From IMG/VR virus record IMGVR_UViG_3300030108_005626, positions 3,304 to 67,303 of that record: a DNA stretch of 64,000 nt. One strand, written 5' to 3'. Origin of the DNA: a virus. The translations under genes and the position numbers were made by a program. The notes under the pieces are model-generated. The model saw only the letters and a list, made by a program, of their open reading frames with translations. It did not search any database and was not told the origin of the DNA. This document shows positions 27,575 to 37,245 of the stretch, piece after piece; positions within the stretch are counted from its first letter, which is position 1; every line of letters starts with the position of its first letter.

Positions 27575-28253
27575 AAATCATTATTTTAGAAGAGAGCACC
27601 AAGACGCAATAGTTGAATATTGCCAAACTCAAGATCCAAAACGTAGAAACGAACTCTATAAAGATTTTATTGGACCTGTCTTTGATGAGATGGTAGATAA
27701 AATTGTTTACACTTACAAGTTTACTTCTCTCCCTAATATCGATTCTTTAAAAGATGATTGTAAAAATTGGTTAATCACCGTATTGAACAATTTTGATCCA
27801 GAGAAGGGATCTAAAGCATTCACTTATTTTAGTGTTGTTTCAAAGAATTGGTTTATTGCCGAAGTGAAAAAGACATCTAAAAAAGCAAAAAGAGAAACCC
27901 ACCTAGAAGAATATTTTTTAACACAATCAGATCGTTCAAATACTCCATCAATACAGCAGTTAGTTGTTCATAACACCTACATTGAAGATAGAAATAAAAA
28001 AGAATTTTTCTTACATCTCAGTAAAGAAATACAATCTTGGAAAAAAATGCCCCTACGAGAGAATGAGGTTAAGACTATTCAAGCAATTGAGATTCTTTTT
28101 AGCGAGGCAAACAATATAGATATTTTTAATAAAAAAGCTATTTACTTGTATATTAGAGAGATTACTGGTCTTAATACAAAGCAAGTTGTAAGCTCTCTTA
28201 ACAAAGTAAGAAAACGTTATGCGGAGTTTAAAAAAGAATGGGACGATCAGTAA
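27555..28253 (+). CDS. Phage RNA polymerase sigma factor (T4 gp55-like, late)
   Basis: NHYF N-terminal motif and FDPEKGSKAFTYFS region-2 motif; sits just upstream of the structural genes. Confidence 0.75.
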   Translation: MARKRTKNHYFRREHQDAIVEYCQTQDPKRRNELYKDFIGPVFDEMVDKIVYTYKFTSLPNIDSLKDDCKNWLITVLNNFDPEKGSKAFTYFSVVSKNWFIAEVKKTSKKAKRETHLEEYFLTQSDRSNTPSIQQLVVHNTYIEDRNKKEFFLHLSKEIQSWKKMPLRENEVKTIQAIEILFSEANNIDIFNKKAIYLYIREITGLNTKQVVSSLNKVRKRYAEFKKEWDDQ

Positions 28254-28534
28254 AAGAGTTAGAAAACTACATCCAAGAAGCAATTAAAAACATTCGTGAT
28301 GATCGTGACGTTACATCTACTTTGCTCACGCAAGTTTTTGCCGAAATTACTAATGGTCAAGAAACTCACAAAGATCTTGGACTAATTGCTGCCAAGTATG
28401 TAGAGACTTTACAAAGATCCAATGAACAATTAGTAAAACTTACGTCCATTATGGCGAAGAAAACTGATACGAGTGTCGAACTATCGGAAGAAGATAAAAA
28501 GTCTCTTTTTGATGTAATTCAAGGAGAAAAGTAA
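28238..28534 (+). CDS. Hypothetical helical protein
   Basis: Overlapping 98-aa ORF in the operon. Confidence 0.6.
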   Translation: MGRSVKELENYIQEAIKNIRDDRDVTSTLLTQVFAEITNGQETHKDLGLIAAKYVETLQRSNEQLVKLTSIMAKKTDTSVELSEEDKKSLFDVIQGEK

Positions 28535-28535
28535 G

Positions 28536-30191
28536 TTGGGAAATTTTCTCAAAAATACAACATTACTTTCTCCGGATACAGTGTTTTACGACGCAGAATT
28601 TGACACTGGCGCCGGTCATGCTAAAAAACTATTAGAAGAGCGATCAGTACCAAACTCTTTCAGAACTAAAAAATATTATTACGGTGAATTCATACAACAA
28701 GGATTTCCAGATGGTATAGGTGCAGTGTCGGGCGACTGCATGTTTGATCCATTTTTATCATCTTTAAGACTAAATTCTCAGGGAGGTACCGAAGACGCCG
28801 ATTTTAAACCTTTTATATGCGTTGTGAATGTACCTGAACTTTCTGGAGTACAGACCCCCCCTTTAGATGATCCGGATAGGATGTTTATCATAGAAAAACT
28901 AATGACAAATGGTTTTATTTTTAAATCATATGATTACGTGGGAGAGACACCGGAACCAGGACAAGAAGTTTGTGTATCTTTTGTTAATGCTGAGACTCGT
29001 GAAGACGCGATTTTTGAATTTCCATTAAAAGGATCTGGCAATGCTAGTTTAATGCAAAAAATGGCAAATTCAGGTGGTAATCAATCACCACATTCAGCAG
29101 GAGGCAAAAGTCGCAGTGCAAAAAAATTCTATGGTAGTTGTGGCGGCAAAGGTGGTTCAGATGGTGAAGATCCACGTAAATTTAAAAGAAAGAAGAAAAA
29201 ACCAAAGAACGCCGGGTACCCACCAGGAGGCGCCGCAGTCCCAGGAACACCAAAACCTGAACCGTCAAAACCACCGGCAAATAAAAGTAAACCAAAAAAA
29301 CCATCAAACAAACAAAAAAACAAAGAATTGCCCTCTAGTAAAAAAGGTAAAAAAGGGTTGCCAAAATGTAATAGCAGAGGAAAAACAATTTTTTGGAAAC
29401 CATCTGGCAAATCTGATTTACCTCAAGTTGAGGCGTTTGGCAAAGATGCTCTTTTTGGTTTAGACATATCAGGTTGGAATGCGCCAAGAAAAATAGATGC
29501 ATCTGTGTTTAAAAACAATGGAGTCGATTTTATAATCATAAAATTATCTCAAGGTACAAGCACTTCAAATAAATTTATTATTGATCACATGGCGAAACTT
29601 AAAAATTCTGGTATATTATTAGCGCCATATCACTTTAGTGCTGCACAAAAATCTACAGAAACTAATTTTAAAAAAAGGGCGCAGAGGGAAATAGATGTTT
29701 TCTCTAGAGAAATAGACAAGCACTTTGATGGTAAACCAGACTTAGTTCCCTCAATTGACTTTGAAAGTGGACATGGAGGCAGAAGACATCCAACACCATA
29801 TGGAAATACTGTCAAAGGTCATAACTTAAATGTGCAATTTCACTTAGAGTTAGCAAAAATACTTAGAAAAAGATACGGCAAACGACCTTTGGTATACACT
29901 GCAGCTTGGGCAAGAGGTGCCTATTTTAAAAAAGCAGATTCTGGTTTACTAGCAGAATTTGGATCAGAGACTTTTGTATGGTGGGCGGAATATGCTAGAG
30001 GTGGCAATGGATATTTGACAAGTGGACCTATAGGTGGATCTAAATCCAGATCTTTTAAACCTTGGTCGACCACGCATATATGGCAGTTTTCAGGCGCAGG
30101 ACAGTTTCAAGATTTTTATAAGCAAGGTGTGAAAGCAACGTTTGATTTTAACGCGATGAGGCGAAGCACACTATCAAAACTAAAATTATAA
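28536..30191 (+). CDS. Baseplate hub-type protein with a C-terminal GH25 muramidase
   Basis: GH25 motifs GLDISGWN, IIKLSQG, YHF, DFE, LVYT, WQFS and DFN. Lys/Pro-rich linker. Located upstream of gp25/gp6. Confidence 0.8.
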   Translation: MGNFLKNTTLLSPDTVFYDAEFDTGAGHAKKLLEERSVPNSFRTKKYYYGEFIQQGFPDGIGAVSGDCMFDPFLSSLRLNSQGGTEDADFKPFICVVNVPELSGVQTPPLDDPDRMFIIEKLMTNGFIFKSYDYVGETPEPGQEVCVSFVNAETREDAIFEFPLKGSGNASLMQKMANSGGNQSPHSAGGKSRSAKKFYGSCGGKGGSDGEDPRKFKRKKKKPKNAGYPPGGAAVPGTPKPEPSKPPANKSKPKKPSNKQKNKELPSSKKGKKGLPKCNSRGKTIFWKPSGKSDLPQVEAFGKDALFGLDISGWNAPRKIDASVFKNNGVDFIIIKLSQGTSTSNKFIIDHMAKLKNSGILLAPYHFSAAQKSTETNFKKRAQREIDVFSREIDKHFDGKPDLVPSIDFESGHGGRRHPTPYGNTVKGHNLNVQFHLELAKILRKRYGKRPLVYTAAWARGAYFKKADSGLLAEFGSETFVWWAEYARGGNGYLTSGPIGGSKSRSFKPWSTTHIWQFSGAGQFQDFYKQGVKATFDFNAMRRSTLSKLKL

Positions 30192-30203
30192 GGTAAATAT
30201 AAC

Positions 30204-31187
30204 ATGGCACTTATAGACGCATTTAATACATCTGCACTTTCAGAGACACAAAAAAGAGATTTAAATCTTTTACCCACAGAGGCATCAGTTACTAAAAGAG
30301 GAATACAGGGGGATGTATTAATTGAACCAAAACCTAATCCGATAAAAAGAAAGGGTAGTAAATTAATACAAGGAACAAACAATGCTGATATTACCATTGG
30401 AACTGATCAACCAGGTGAGATTGGAAGTGGTTATGGTAGTCAAACAGGAGCAGGCGCAATTGATTTGGTTGCTGGCAGAATGTCATCAGATATCAGAACT
30501 CAAATAGAAAACAAAAGGGGAATAAAAAGTACCCCTTTATATGTGGACAATAACTTATCTTTAGATGCATCAAGAATAACAATTGCACAGAAAACAGATG
30601 TCGATGCAAATTTTGCTCTAGCAGATGGTATGTCAGGCGATACTAAGGCAAAAGCAGCGATTGCATTGAAGTCTGATAGCATTAGAATTATGTCTAGAGA
30701 TGGTGGCGTAAAAATTCTTACTCGCACTGATAAAACTAATTCTTTGGGCAGCAAATCTATATCAATCCCAAGGATTGAAATGATAGCAGGAAATCAAGAC
30801 AGGAACATTCAAGCATCAACAAAGTCTAGTAAAAACAATGTGGTCGTTAGAGATGTGTTAAATAGATTAGATGAGTTGAATAGTTCTTTAGATAGTTTTA
30901 TTACTTCGCAGATTGAGTTTAATAACCAAGTAGCATCACATACGCATTCATCGCCCATGTCTATGGCAATTGGCACCGCAGCAGGAGGCGGTCCAGGAAT
31001 GATTAACGGTGGCAAGGTATTGCCAAGTGGCGGTCTAATGTCTGGGGGTAGTAAAGTTTATGGCATGGAAATGATATCAAAGTTTGATTCTATAATAAAT
31101 AAACTTAAAGTGTCTATCTTACAACTTAACGGCACTGAAGTCTTTGGTGAAAAACAAAGCGGAAGCAAAAGCACATTCACCACTTAA
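30204..31187 (+). CDS. Baseplate spike / gp5 C-terminal-like protein
   Basis: Beta-strand repeats (IDLVAGR, ASRITI, IALKSDSIRIMSR), a coiled segment, then an HTH (HxH) motif; position supports the call. Confidence 0.6.
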   Translation: MALIDAFNTSALSETQKRDLNLLPTEASVTKRGIQGDVLIEPKPNPIKRKGSKLIQGTNNADITIGTDQPGEIGSGYGSQTGAGAIDLVAGRMSSDIRTQIENKRGIKSTPLYVDNNLSLDASRITIAQKTDVDANFALADGMSGDTKAKAAIALKSDSIRIMSRDGGVKILTRTDKTNSLGSKSISIPRIEMIAGNQDRNIQASTKSSKNNVVVRDVLNRLDELNSSLDSFITSQIEFNNQVASHTHSSPMSMAIGTAAGGGPGMINGGKVLPSGGLMSGGSKVYGMEMISKFDSIINKLKVSILQLNGTEVFGEKQSGSKSTFTT

Positions 31188-31196
31188 GGAAAAAAA

Positions 31197-34100
31197 ATGG
31201 CAAATATTTCAAGATGGTATACGGAAGATTTAATAGTTGAATTAACTGAAAAAGAGACACAAACGGCGCTCAATAAATCAACAAGAGACAATATTGATCT
31301 TGCTTCTCTTGCAGATTGGTTCAGCAATCCAAATGATGAATATTATCAATTAAATCTTTCTTTTCCTATAAATTATAGCGACGATTCTATTTCTTTTTTG
31401 AAGGATGGAAAATTTAATGATATTGAAAAATTTTCTGATCTTGATTTTATAGGAGAATTGCAAGAAAAGGGCGCTGAAACTTATGTAAAAAATGGTTTGC
31501 CAAAAGATTTAAGAGAATATATTATTTTTACATTAGAGAGCGCCACCACTATAAGTGAAAATCAAGAAAAATTAATTGAGATATATAACACTCTTGTGGA
31601 TGATTGCTTTATAACCGGAAGATTTTTCATTGATACTGGTAAAAAAGAAACCGGATCATTAATTTATTTTCAAGTAATACTTCGCCTTCGAGAAGAATCA
31701 GTAGACTTCTTTGCAGATGTATCATCGACCATACCAACTTCTTCCGACTTACAATCCTCAATTACAGTAGGACCATTCAACTTTCTTGATCATGCTGGGT
31801 ATTACTATAACAATATTTCTAGTAACGGCAATGTCTCTTTTGATCACTTCCGCAGCGCAGATAAAGCTTTAAGATACTGTAAGGATTTAAATTTTAAAAA
31901 CAGAGGTGCTGGAAATGCAAGTTATATTGTTGATTTTAACAGACTAAGCGCTCAAATATATGATTTATATTCTAGAGTCGCGACACTGTTTGGCAAAGAT
32001 GGCGTAAAAGATTTAACAGATAAAAAAATATCACTAAAAGATGTTGATATAGTTTATTATTTACAGTACATTGAAGATCCAGAAGGTAATGTAACTAATA
32101 TAAATTTTGTGTCATATGATATGTATATCAATTCCAACGCGCCAAATAAGTATTCTGGCGCTGAAGAAATATTAACTGTTATCACTGCCGACACATCTTT
32201 AGAATTTGCTGACCGAGCTTTTTCAGACAACGTTTTACATATATTAGCAAACTTGCCCAAGATACATGCATATTTTAAAAAGACTAAAAAGTCAGACTTT
32301 GATTTAGATTTTTTTGTAAAAGAATTTATTTTTAGATACAAAAAAAGACCAGAAGTGAAAGAGTCCACTAAAGTTTTTAATAATGGAAAGTCAAACTATA
32401 AAACAAAAGATGATGTTGATTTAGAAAGAACTGGAATGACTCCTGCTCAAAAAAATGAAATATTTAACCAAACAAGAAAAAAAGTTGTGCAGGTTGGCGA
32501 TCAAGCATTTTTAAATGTCCTTGCAAAAGGCAAGCAATTGACAACAGAAAAACAAATCTTTGATGTTGTGCTCAATGTTATACCACTATCAGAATTAATT
32601 TTAACTGCCGCAACTTGTTTATCTAAGTTTATTCAAGAATCCCCAGTAAAAAAAGTTTGTCGAACTGTAATAAGAAATTTAAATCTTGAACAAGTTGATG
32701 AATTGCTTTCGTATATAAACACAAGCACCACAAATGAGACAAATAAGTTAAGGCAACTTATTCTAGATAGTGCAATAGATACAAACGATAGGCAGTCGTT
32801 TAAAAACTTTTTATTAGAATTGGCAGACTCCCAGATATCTGATGATGATTTTTTATGCATAGTCATATTTGCAGCGATACCTGCCGCAATCGGAATGTTG
32901 AGTACATTTGGAAAAGAAGAGGTGCAGGGATTTATAAACCAAGTAGAAAGAACCATAGAAGGCGAAATAGATAAACTATCTAGACAAGTAGTAGATGAAA
33001 TAAATGATAATATAGATAAAGGTGCAAATTTTTTAAGAGAGGAACTTATCAACCCGGCAGCAGAAGTATTTACAGCAATTGAAGATTCTCTTGCAAACCA
33101 TCCATTTCTTAGTTTCACCGGTGATTGGAAAACACAAATTCAACAATTGATATTGGAACTTGTAAGAAATTTAATTGTTAATTTGACAGGTCGTTTGATA
33201 CAAGAGATTGCTTATATGTGCGAGGGTTCAAGTAAGTCTGATTTTGCGAACATGAATTCTTTAATACCGAATGATGCAAACTTTCCTAATTTATCTGGAC
33301 CAGTTGTGCCTTTTGAGTTAGATAATATTGGAATGCAAGAACTCATCCCAGATGAAAGCGCTTATGGTGATTTAAAAGAGTTTCTAGACGATTTTGGGGA
33401 TGGAGATGAGATATCATCTGATTTGATTGAAAGTTTTATTGAATCTATGGCAGAAATACTAACAATATCTGAGATGTGTACCTTAGTTGCAGATGATGCG
33501 AGTGACGTTAATTATTCCTTTATTTTAAACAAAGTTTGGAGTGGTCTGTTAAGTTTAGAGAAGTTTGCAATAATAAAACAAAGATTAAAAACGATAGGAA
33601 ACTTAGATTTATTCTTTTCTATTTTAGCAGACAAAATAGATAAAAGTTTTTGCGCTCGAAAACTTCAAGACTTGGAAAATACAAAAAAAATTCTTTCAGA
33701 AATTTGTGATCCCGTTTCAAATTCTGCTTTGATAGACGACTTAAAGAAAAAAGCAAGTGATTCTGCAATTCAAAATCTATTAAATCAAGAAGATGAAATT
33801 GTTAATGATTTACTTGATGCGATTTACAATTTAAACAATCCACAAAAACCAGTTGCGTTTTGCGGTCCAGAGGCGGATCGTAAAGGTGTTGAACCACTAT
33901 TTTCATCATTACAACACCCAAGTATGACATACCTAGATCAACAATATTTAAAATCTATCTTAAGTGGAACAGTGTCAATATTCGAATCAAACTTAGCATC
34001 ATTCAAATCAATAATGTTAAACTTAGAAGGGATATCAAACCCTTCTGATGTGATGAATAAAATAAATAATGCTTCTAATAACGTCGTAGGCACAATGGCC

Positions 34101-36779
34101 TCCGCGTATGGTTTTGATAATGAAAACTCTGGCGAGGTCAGTTTAAATGACACAGTATATAATAAATTATCAAAAAACGATTTGTCGAGCAAGGTTAAAA
34201 ATAACGCTTTTGTTGCTAGACAAGTTAATCAACAATTGTTATCATTTTCTGACATAGGATTAGTTAATTCAAATGAGCAAAATAAAACAGTGTCTCTTGG
34301 TATAGATTTTTCCAATAACAGCATCATCGATGAGAGAATTTTATTAAATTTTAATTTTGATAACTCACCTCACAATGTTTTTGGAAATGCAGAAACTCCT
34401 GAAAATTCTGTGGACTTTTTGATACAAAATCCAACTGTTAATCAAGATAGAAGATATACTAACTCTTTAGGCGGTAACGATTATCTTAATTTTAAAGATA
34501 TAGTAAACACTTTTGATAACACAAATTCAATTGATAACATAATTAAATCTAATTTTTTAGAAAATATAGGATTTTATTCCAATTTAACATCTCAAATTAT
34601 AAAAGAACACGCCGAATACATAACAAAGCAAGATCTATTTAAAGCAGAAAATTTTAAAGATCTTAAGTTGAATAGAAGTAATCTGTGTGAACAATCTATA
34701 CTAATAATACAAGACATACTTTCTGAATTGTCAAGCAATATAGGCGATGTAGAGTGTAAATTTGGTCTTGGATCTATTCCCTCTGCTAGAGAGTTGGGTC
34801 AGATTTATGCACTGTTGACTGCTTATATAAGAGTCATTACTATTAGCGAAATGCTAAAAAGTTTTTTCGTCTTTTCGTCTTTTAGTATTGATGCTTTGTT
34901 GCCATCTGGAAGCGAAAACGATTCTTCATCTTTTTATTTTCAATACTTAGTAGATCAAGTATCAGAGAGGATTACATCTGACAATCAAAATGAGTTTATA
35001 AACACAGATTCAATGACTGATTATTTAATTACAGTGTATGCAGGAAAAAATAACTTAGAAAAAAATCAAGTTGTTATACTGGATGTATTTAAAGAGATTA
35101 TTGGAAGTTCTATTGTTTTAATGCAAAACAAGTTTAAACAAAAATTACAAAAAGCAGGGTATAATTCTAACATAGGTGAGTTTACAGATGAATATTCTAA
35201 TCAAAACACTCCCTATTATCAAGTGTACTCAAATTTAAAATCTACAGGTTTTGGGGGTGGGGATTTAACTCCTGCATCGGCAAACTACTCTGTCAATCAC
35301 GAAGACGCTTATTATACGATATCCAGTAACTATGGATCGATATACGGTGATATTCCAGGGTCAAGGTTAATAAATGGCGGATTTTTTACAGAAAGGGGTG
35401 TTGACATCAGAAGAATATATAAAGGAGATCCTGAATTACTATACACAGAAGAATTACATCAATTAATAATGGATGAATTAAATACAAAATCGGAAACTAT
35501 GTCACAGTCAATCTATACCGCACTAAAAGCCTTAGGAGCATCTATAGGGAATATTCCCTCAAACTGGGAGCGCCCACCAGCCCAAATAATACCGTCCATT
35601 GGCGGAACTTTAGCAATAATCAACATAGGAGAAGTATATAATCTAAACATAAAAAATGGAGCATTGAAAAATTTATTTGGGAGCAGGATGTATGGGGGAA
35701 CACTTAAATCTGCTTTCCAAATAGATAATACGTTCGCGGCAGCAACTCCAGAGGAACTTCGAACGTTGTCATTATTTGAAGGTTTAATGGGAAACCCACC
35801 ATTCGACGTAAATGAAATGTTAAACTCGATTGGTGAATTAAGAAAATTTTTGGATGATTATTTGGACCATGATGGAGAAGCTTATCAAGCATATATTACT
35901 CTTACAGGTAAGTTCTATTTAAATACATTCTTTAAAAGGTTTAACTATTACGCATCGCATAACCTTTTATTGAAAGTTGATGGAAATCCCTTGCTAGAGA
36001 ATTTATACAATACAGTAAAAGATAGTATGTTTCCTACTCACTTTCCCGGATTATCAATTTTATCTAAAAAAGCATTTGTTGAATCTGCTGTGTTTAATAA
36101 AAAATACTTTCAAAAAGATTCAGATACGCTGTATTTTAAATTACCCCTTCTTTATTTCAGAAGAGGTTTTAACGCATCTTTGTCGTCGCAACCAGTGTCT
36201 GCAGAACCATATGCGATGGAATCAAATTATCTACCTGGGCAACCTTTAGATGCTCTAGGTCAAGCATTCACTGCATCTAATTTTTCTAGTACTCCGCAAG
36301 GTTTAAAAAATATTATAGCAAGTAGTTCAGAATATAAATCACTCATAGATAACATACAATATAAAAATGTTCTCTCTTTTGTGTCTATTTTGGTAACAGA
36401 ATTGATTCAGAAAAATTATCCTTTAGTCAATAGTATGTTTGATAGCACACTGGCAAACATAAGATCAAACTTAGCTCAATTGTTAAACATTGCAAATAGA
36501 GGCAACGATCCTGATTTTTATAAAAACAATCCATTCCAAGAACTACCTTCGGTGGAATATGATATGGATTTGGTTTCTCTTGTGCTTCAAGCGCTGCTAC
36601 AAGCTATAGCAAATATATCAGATCCTACCTGGGTAACTCCCTGGTTTGCACCTGGACCACTATCTCCAATTGGAATTATTGCTAAAATTCTAGATGGAGC
36701 AGGAGATTCAAATCCAAATGACAATCGAGATAAAGCGAAGGGTGCTATAGATAATGATTTGTTATGTGAAGATGACTAA
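31197..36779 (+). CDS. Large hypothetical protein, probably virion-associated
   Basis: 1860-aa ORF in the baseplate cluster; no motif recognised. Confidence 0.6.
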   Translation: MANISRWYTEDLIVELTEKETQTALNKSTRDNIDLASLADWFSNPNDEYYQLNLSFPINYSDDSISFLKDGKFNDIEKFSDLDFIGELQEKGAETYVKNGLPKDLREYIIFTLESATTISENQEKLIEIYNTLVDDCFITGRFFIDTGKKETGSLIYFQVILRLREESVDFFADVSSTIPTSSDLQSSITVGPFNFLDHAGYYYNNISSNGNVSFDHFRSADKALRYCKDLNFKNRGAGNASYIVDFNRLSAQIYDLYSRVATLFGKDGVKDLTDKKISLKDVDIVYYLQYIEDPEGNVTNINFVSYDMYINSNAPNKYSGAEEILTVITADTSLEFADRAFSDNVLHILANLPKIHAYFKKTKKSDFDLDFFVKEFIFRYKKRPEVKESTKVFNNGKSNYKTKDDVDLERTGMTPAQKNEIFNQTRKKVVQVGDQAFLNVLAKGKQLTTEKQIFDVVLNVIPLSELILTAATCLSKFIQESPVKKVCRTVIRNLNLEQVDELLSYINTSTTNETNKLRQLILDSAIDTNDRQSFKNFLLELADSQISDDDFLCIVIFAAIPAAIGMLSTFGKEEVQGFINQVERTIEGEIDKLSRQVVDEINDNIDKGANFLREELINPAAEVFTAIEDSLANHPFLSFTGDWKTQIQQLILELVRNLIVNLTGRLIQEIAYMCEGSSKSDFANMNSLIPNDANFPNLSGPVVPFELDNIGMQELIPDESAYGDLKEFLDDFGDGDEISSDLIESFIESMAEILTISEMCTLVADDASDVNYSFILNKVWSGLLSLEKFAIIKQRLKTIGNLDLFFSILADKIDKSFCARKLQDLENTKKILSEICDPVSNSALIDDLKKKASDSAIQNLLNQEDEIVNDLLDAIYNLNNPQKPVAFCGPEADRKGVEPLFSSLQHPSMTYLDQQYLKSILSGTVSIFESNLASFKSIMLNLEGISNPSDVMNKINNASNNVVGTMASAYGFDNENSGEVSLNDTVYNKLSKNDLSSKVKNNAFVARQVNQQLLSFSDIGLVNSNEQNKTVSLGIDFSNNSIIDERILLNFNFDNSPHNVFGNAETPENSVDFLIQNPTVNQDRRYTNSLGGNDYLNFKDIVNTFDNTNSIDNIIKSNFLENIGFYSNLTSQIIKEHAEYITKQDLFKAENFKDLKLNRSNLCEQSILIIQDILSELSSNIGDVECKFGLGSIPSARELGQIYALLTAYIRVITISEMLKSFFVFSSFSIDALLPSGSENDSSSFYFQYLVDQVSERITSDNQNEFINTDSMTDYLITVYAGKNNLEKNQVVILDVFKEIIGSSIVLMQNKFKQKLQKAGYNSNIGEFTDEYSNQNTPYYQVYSNLKSTGFGGGDLTPASANYSVNHEDAYYTISSNYGSIYGDIPGSRLINGGFFTERGVDIRRIYKGDPELLYTEELHQLIMDELNTKSETMSQSIYTALKALGASIGNIPSNWERPPAQIIPSIGGTLAIINIGEVYNLNIKNGALKNLFGSRMYGGTLKSAFQIDNTFAAATPEELRTLSLFEGLMGNPPFDVNEMLNSIGELRKFLDDYLDHDGEAYQAYITLTGKFYLNTFFKRFNYYASHNLLLKVDGNPLLENLYNTVKDSMFPTHFPGLSILSKKAFVESAVFNKKYFQKDSDTLYFKLPLLYFRRGFNASLSSQPVSAEPYAMESNYLPGQPLDALGQAFTASNFSSTPQGLKNIIASSSEYKSLIDNIQYKNVLSFVSILVTELIQKNYPLVNSMFDSTLANIRSNLAQLLNIANRGNDPDFYKNNPFQELPSVEYDMDLVSLVLQALLQAIANISDPTWVTPWFAPGPLSPIGIIAKILDGAGDSNPNDNRDKAKGAIDNDLLCEDD

Positions 36780-36808
36780 AATCAAAATGGTTAGTAATTT
36801 TCAATAAA

Positions 36809-36818
36809 ACTATTTATA
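36809..36818 (+). promoter_or_regulatory. Putative late promoter ACTATTTATA
   Basis: Intergenic, immediately before the AAGGAG SD of the gp25-like gene. Confidence 0.65.
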
Positions 36819-36834
36819 AAAAAGGAGTATAGGG

Positions 36835-37233
36835 ATGCCTGTTGGATTAGATGCCGCTTTACCTTTAACAAAAGATAATGATGATGCGTTTTACACTCTA
36901 ACAAAAACTTTAAAAGAGAACACTCAACAAAAAGTAAAAATGCTAATGCTAACTGCTCCTGGTGAAAGAATTATGATACCGGAATATGGAGTTGGACTAA
37001 AAAACTTTTTATTTGAAAATACACCCGAGTTTGATATATTCTCTAGAATTAAAGAACAAGTTAGAACTTTTTTACCTGAAATAACAATTGTATCTTTACA
37101 AATATCTCAAGCGGACGAAAAACTAGTTTCCAAGACTGGGCAAAGAAACAGTTTATCAATATATTTTTCATACTTAATAGACGGAATTAACTTACAAGAC
37201 AGTGTAAACATTGTCGAGACAATTGATACATAG
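36835..37233 (+). CDS. Baseplate wedge subunit gp25-like
   Basis: LMLTAPGERIMIPEYGVGL matches the gp25/GPW T..GER...P.YG motif. Confidence 0.9.
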   Translation: MPVGLDAALPLTKDNDDAFYTLTKTLKENTQQKVKMLMLTAPGERIMIPEYGVGLKNFLFENTPEFDIFSRIKEQVRTFLPEITIVSLQISQADEKLVSKTGQRNSLSIYFSYLIDGINLQDSVNIVETIDT

Positions 37234-37245
37234 GGAAAATAATAT

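Noticed and set aside
29160-29360. Poly-Lys runs as nuclear localisation signals (also 676-720)
   Set aside because: Bacteriophage context; they are explained as low-complexity basic linkers in A-rich DNA.
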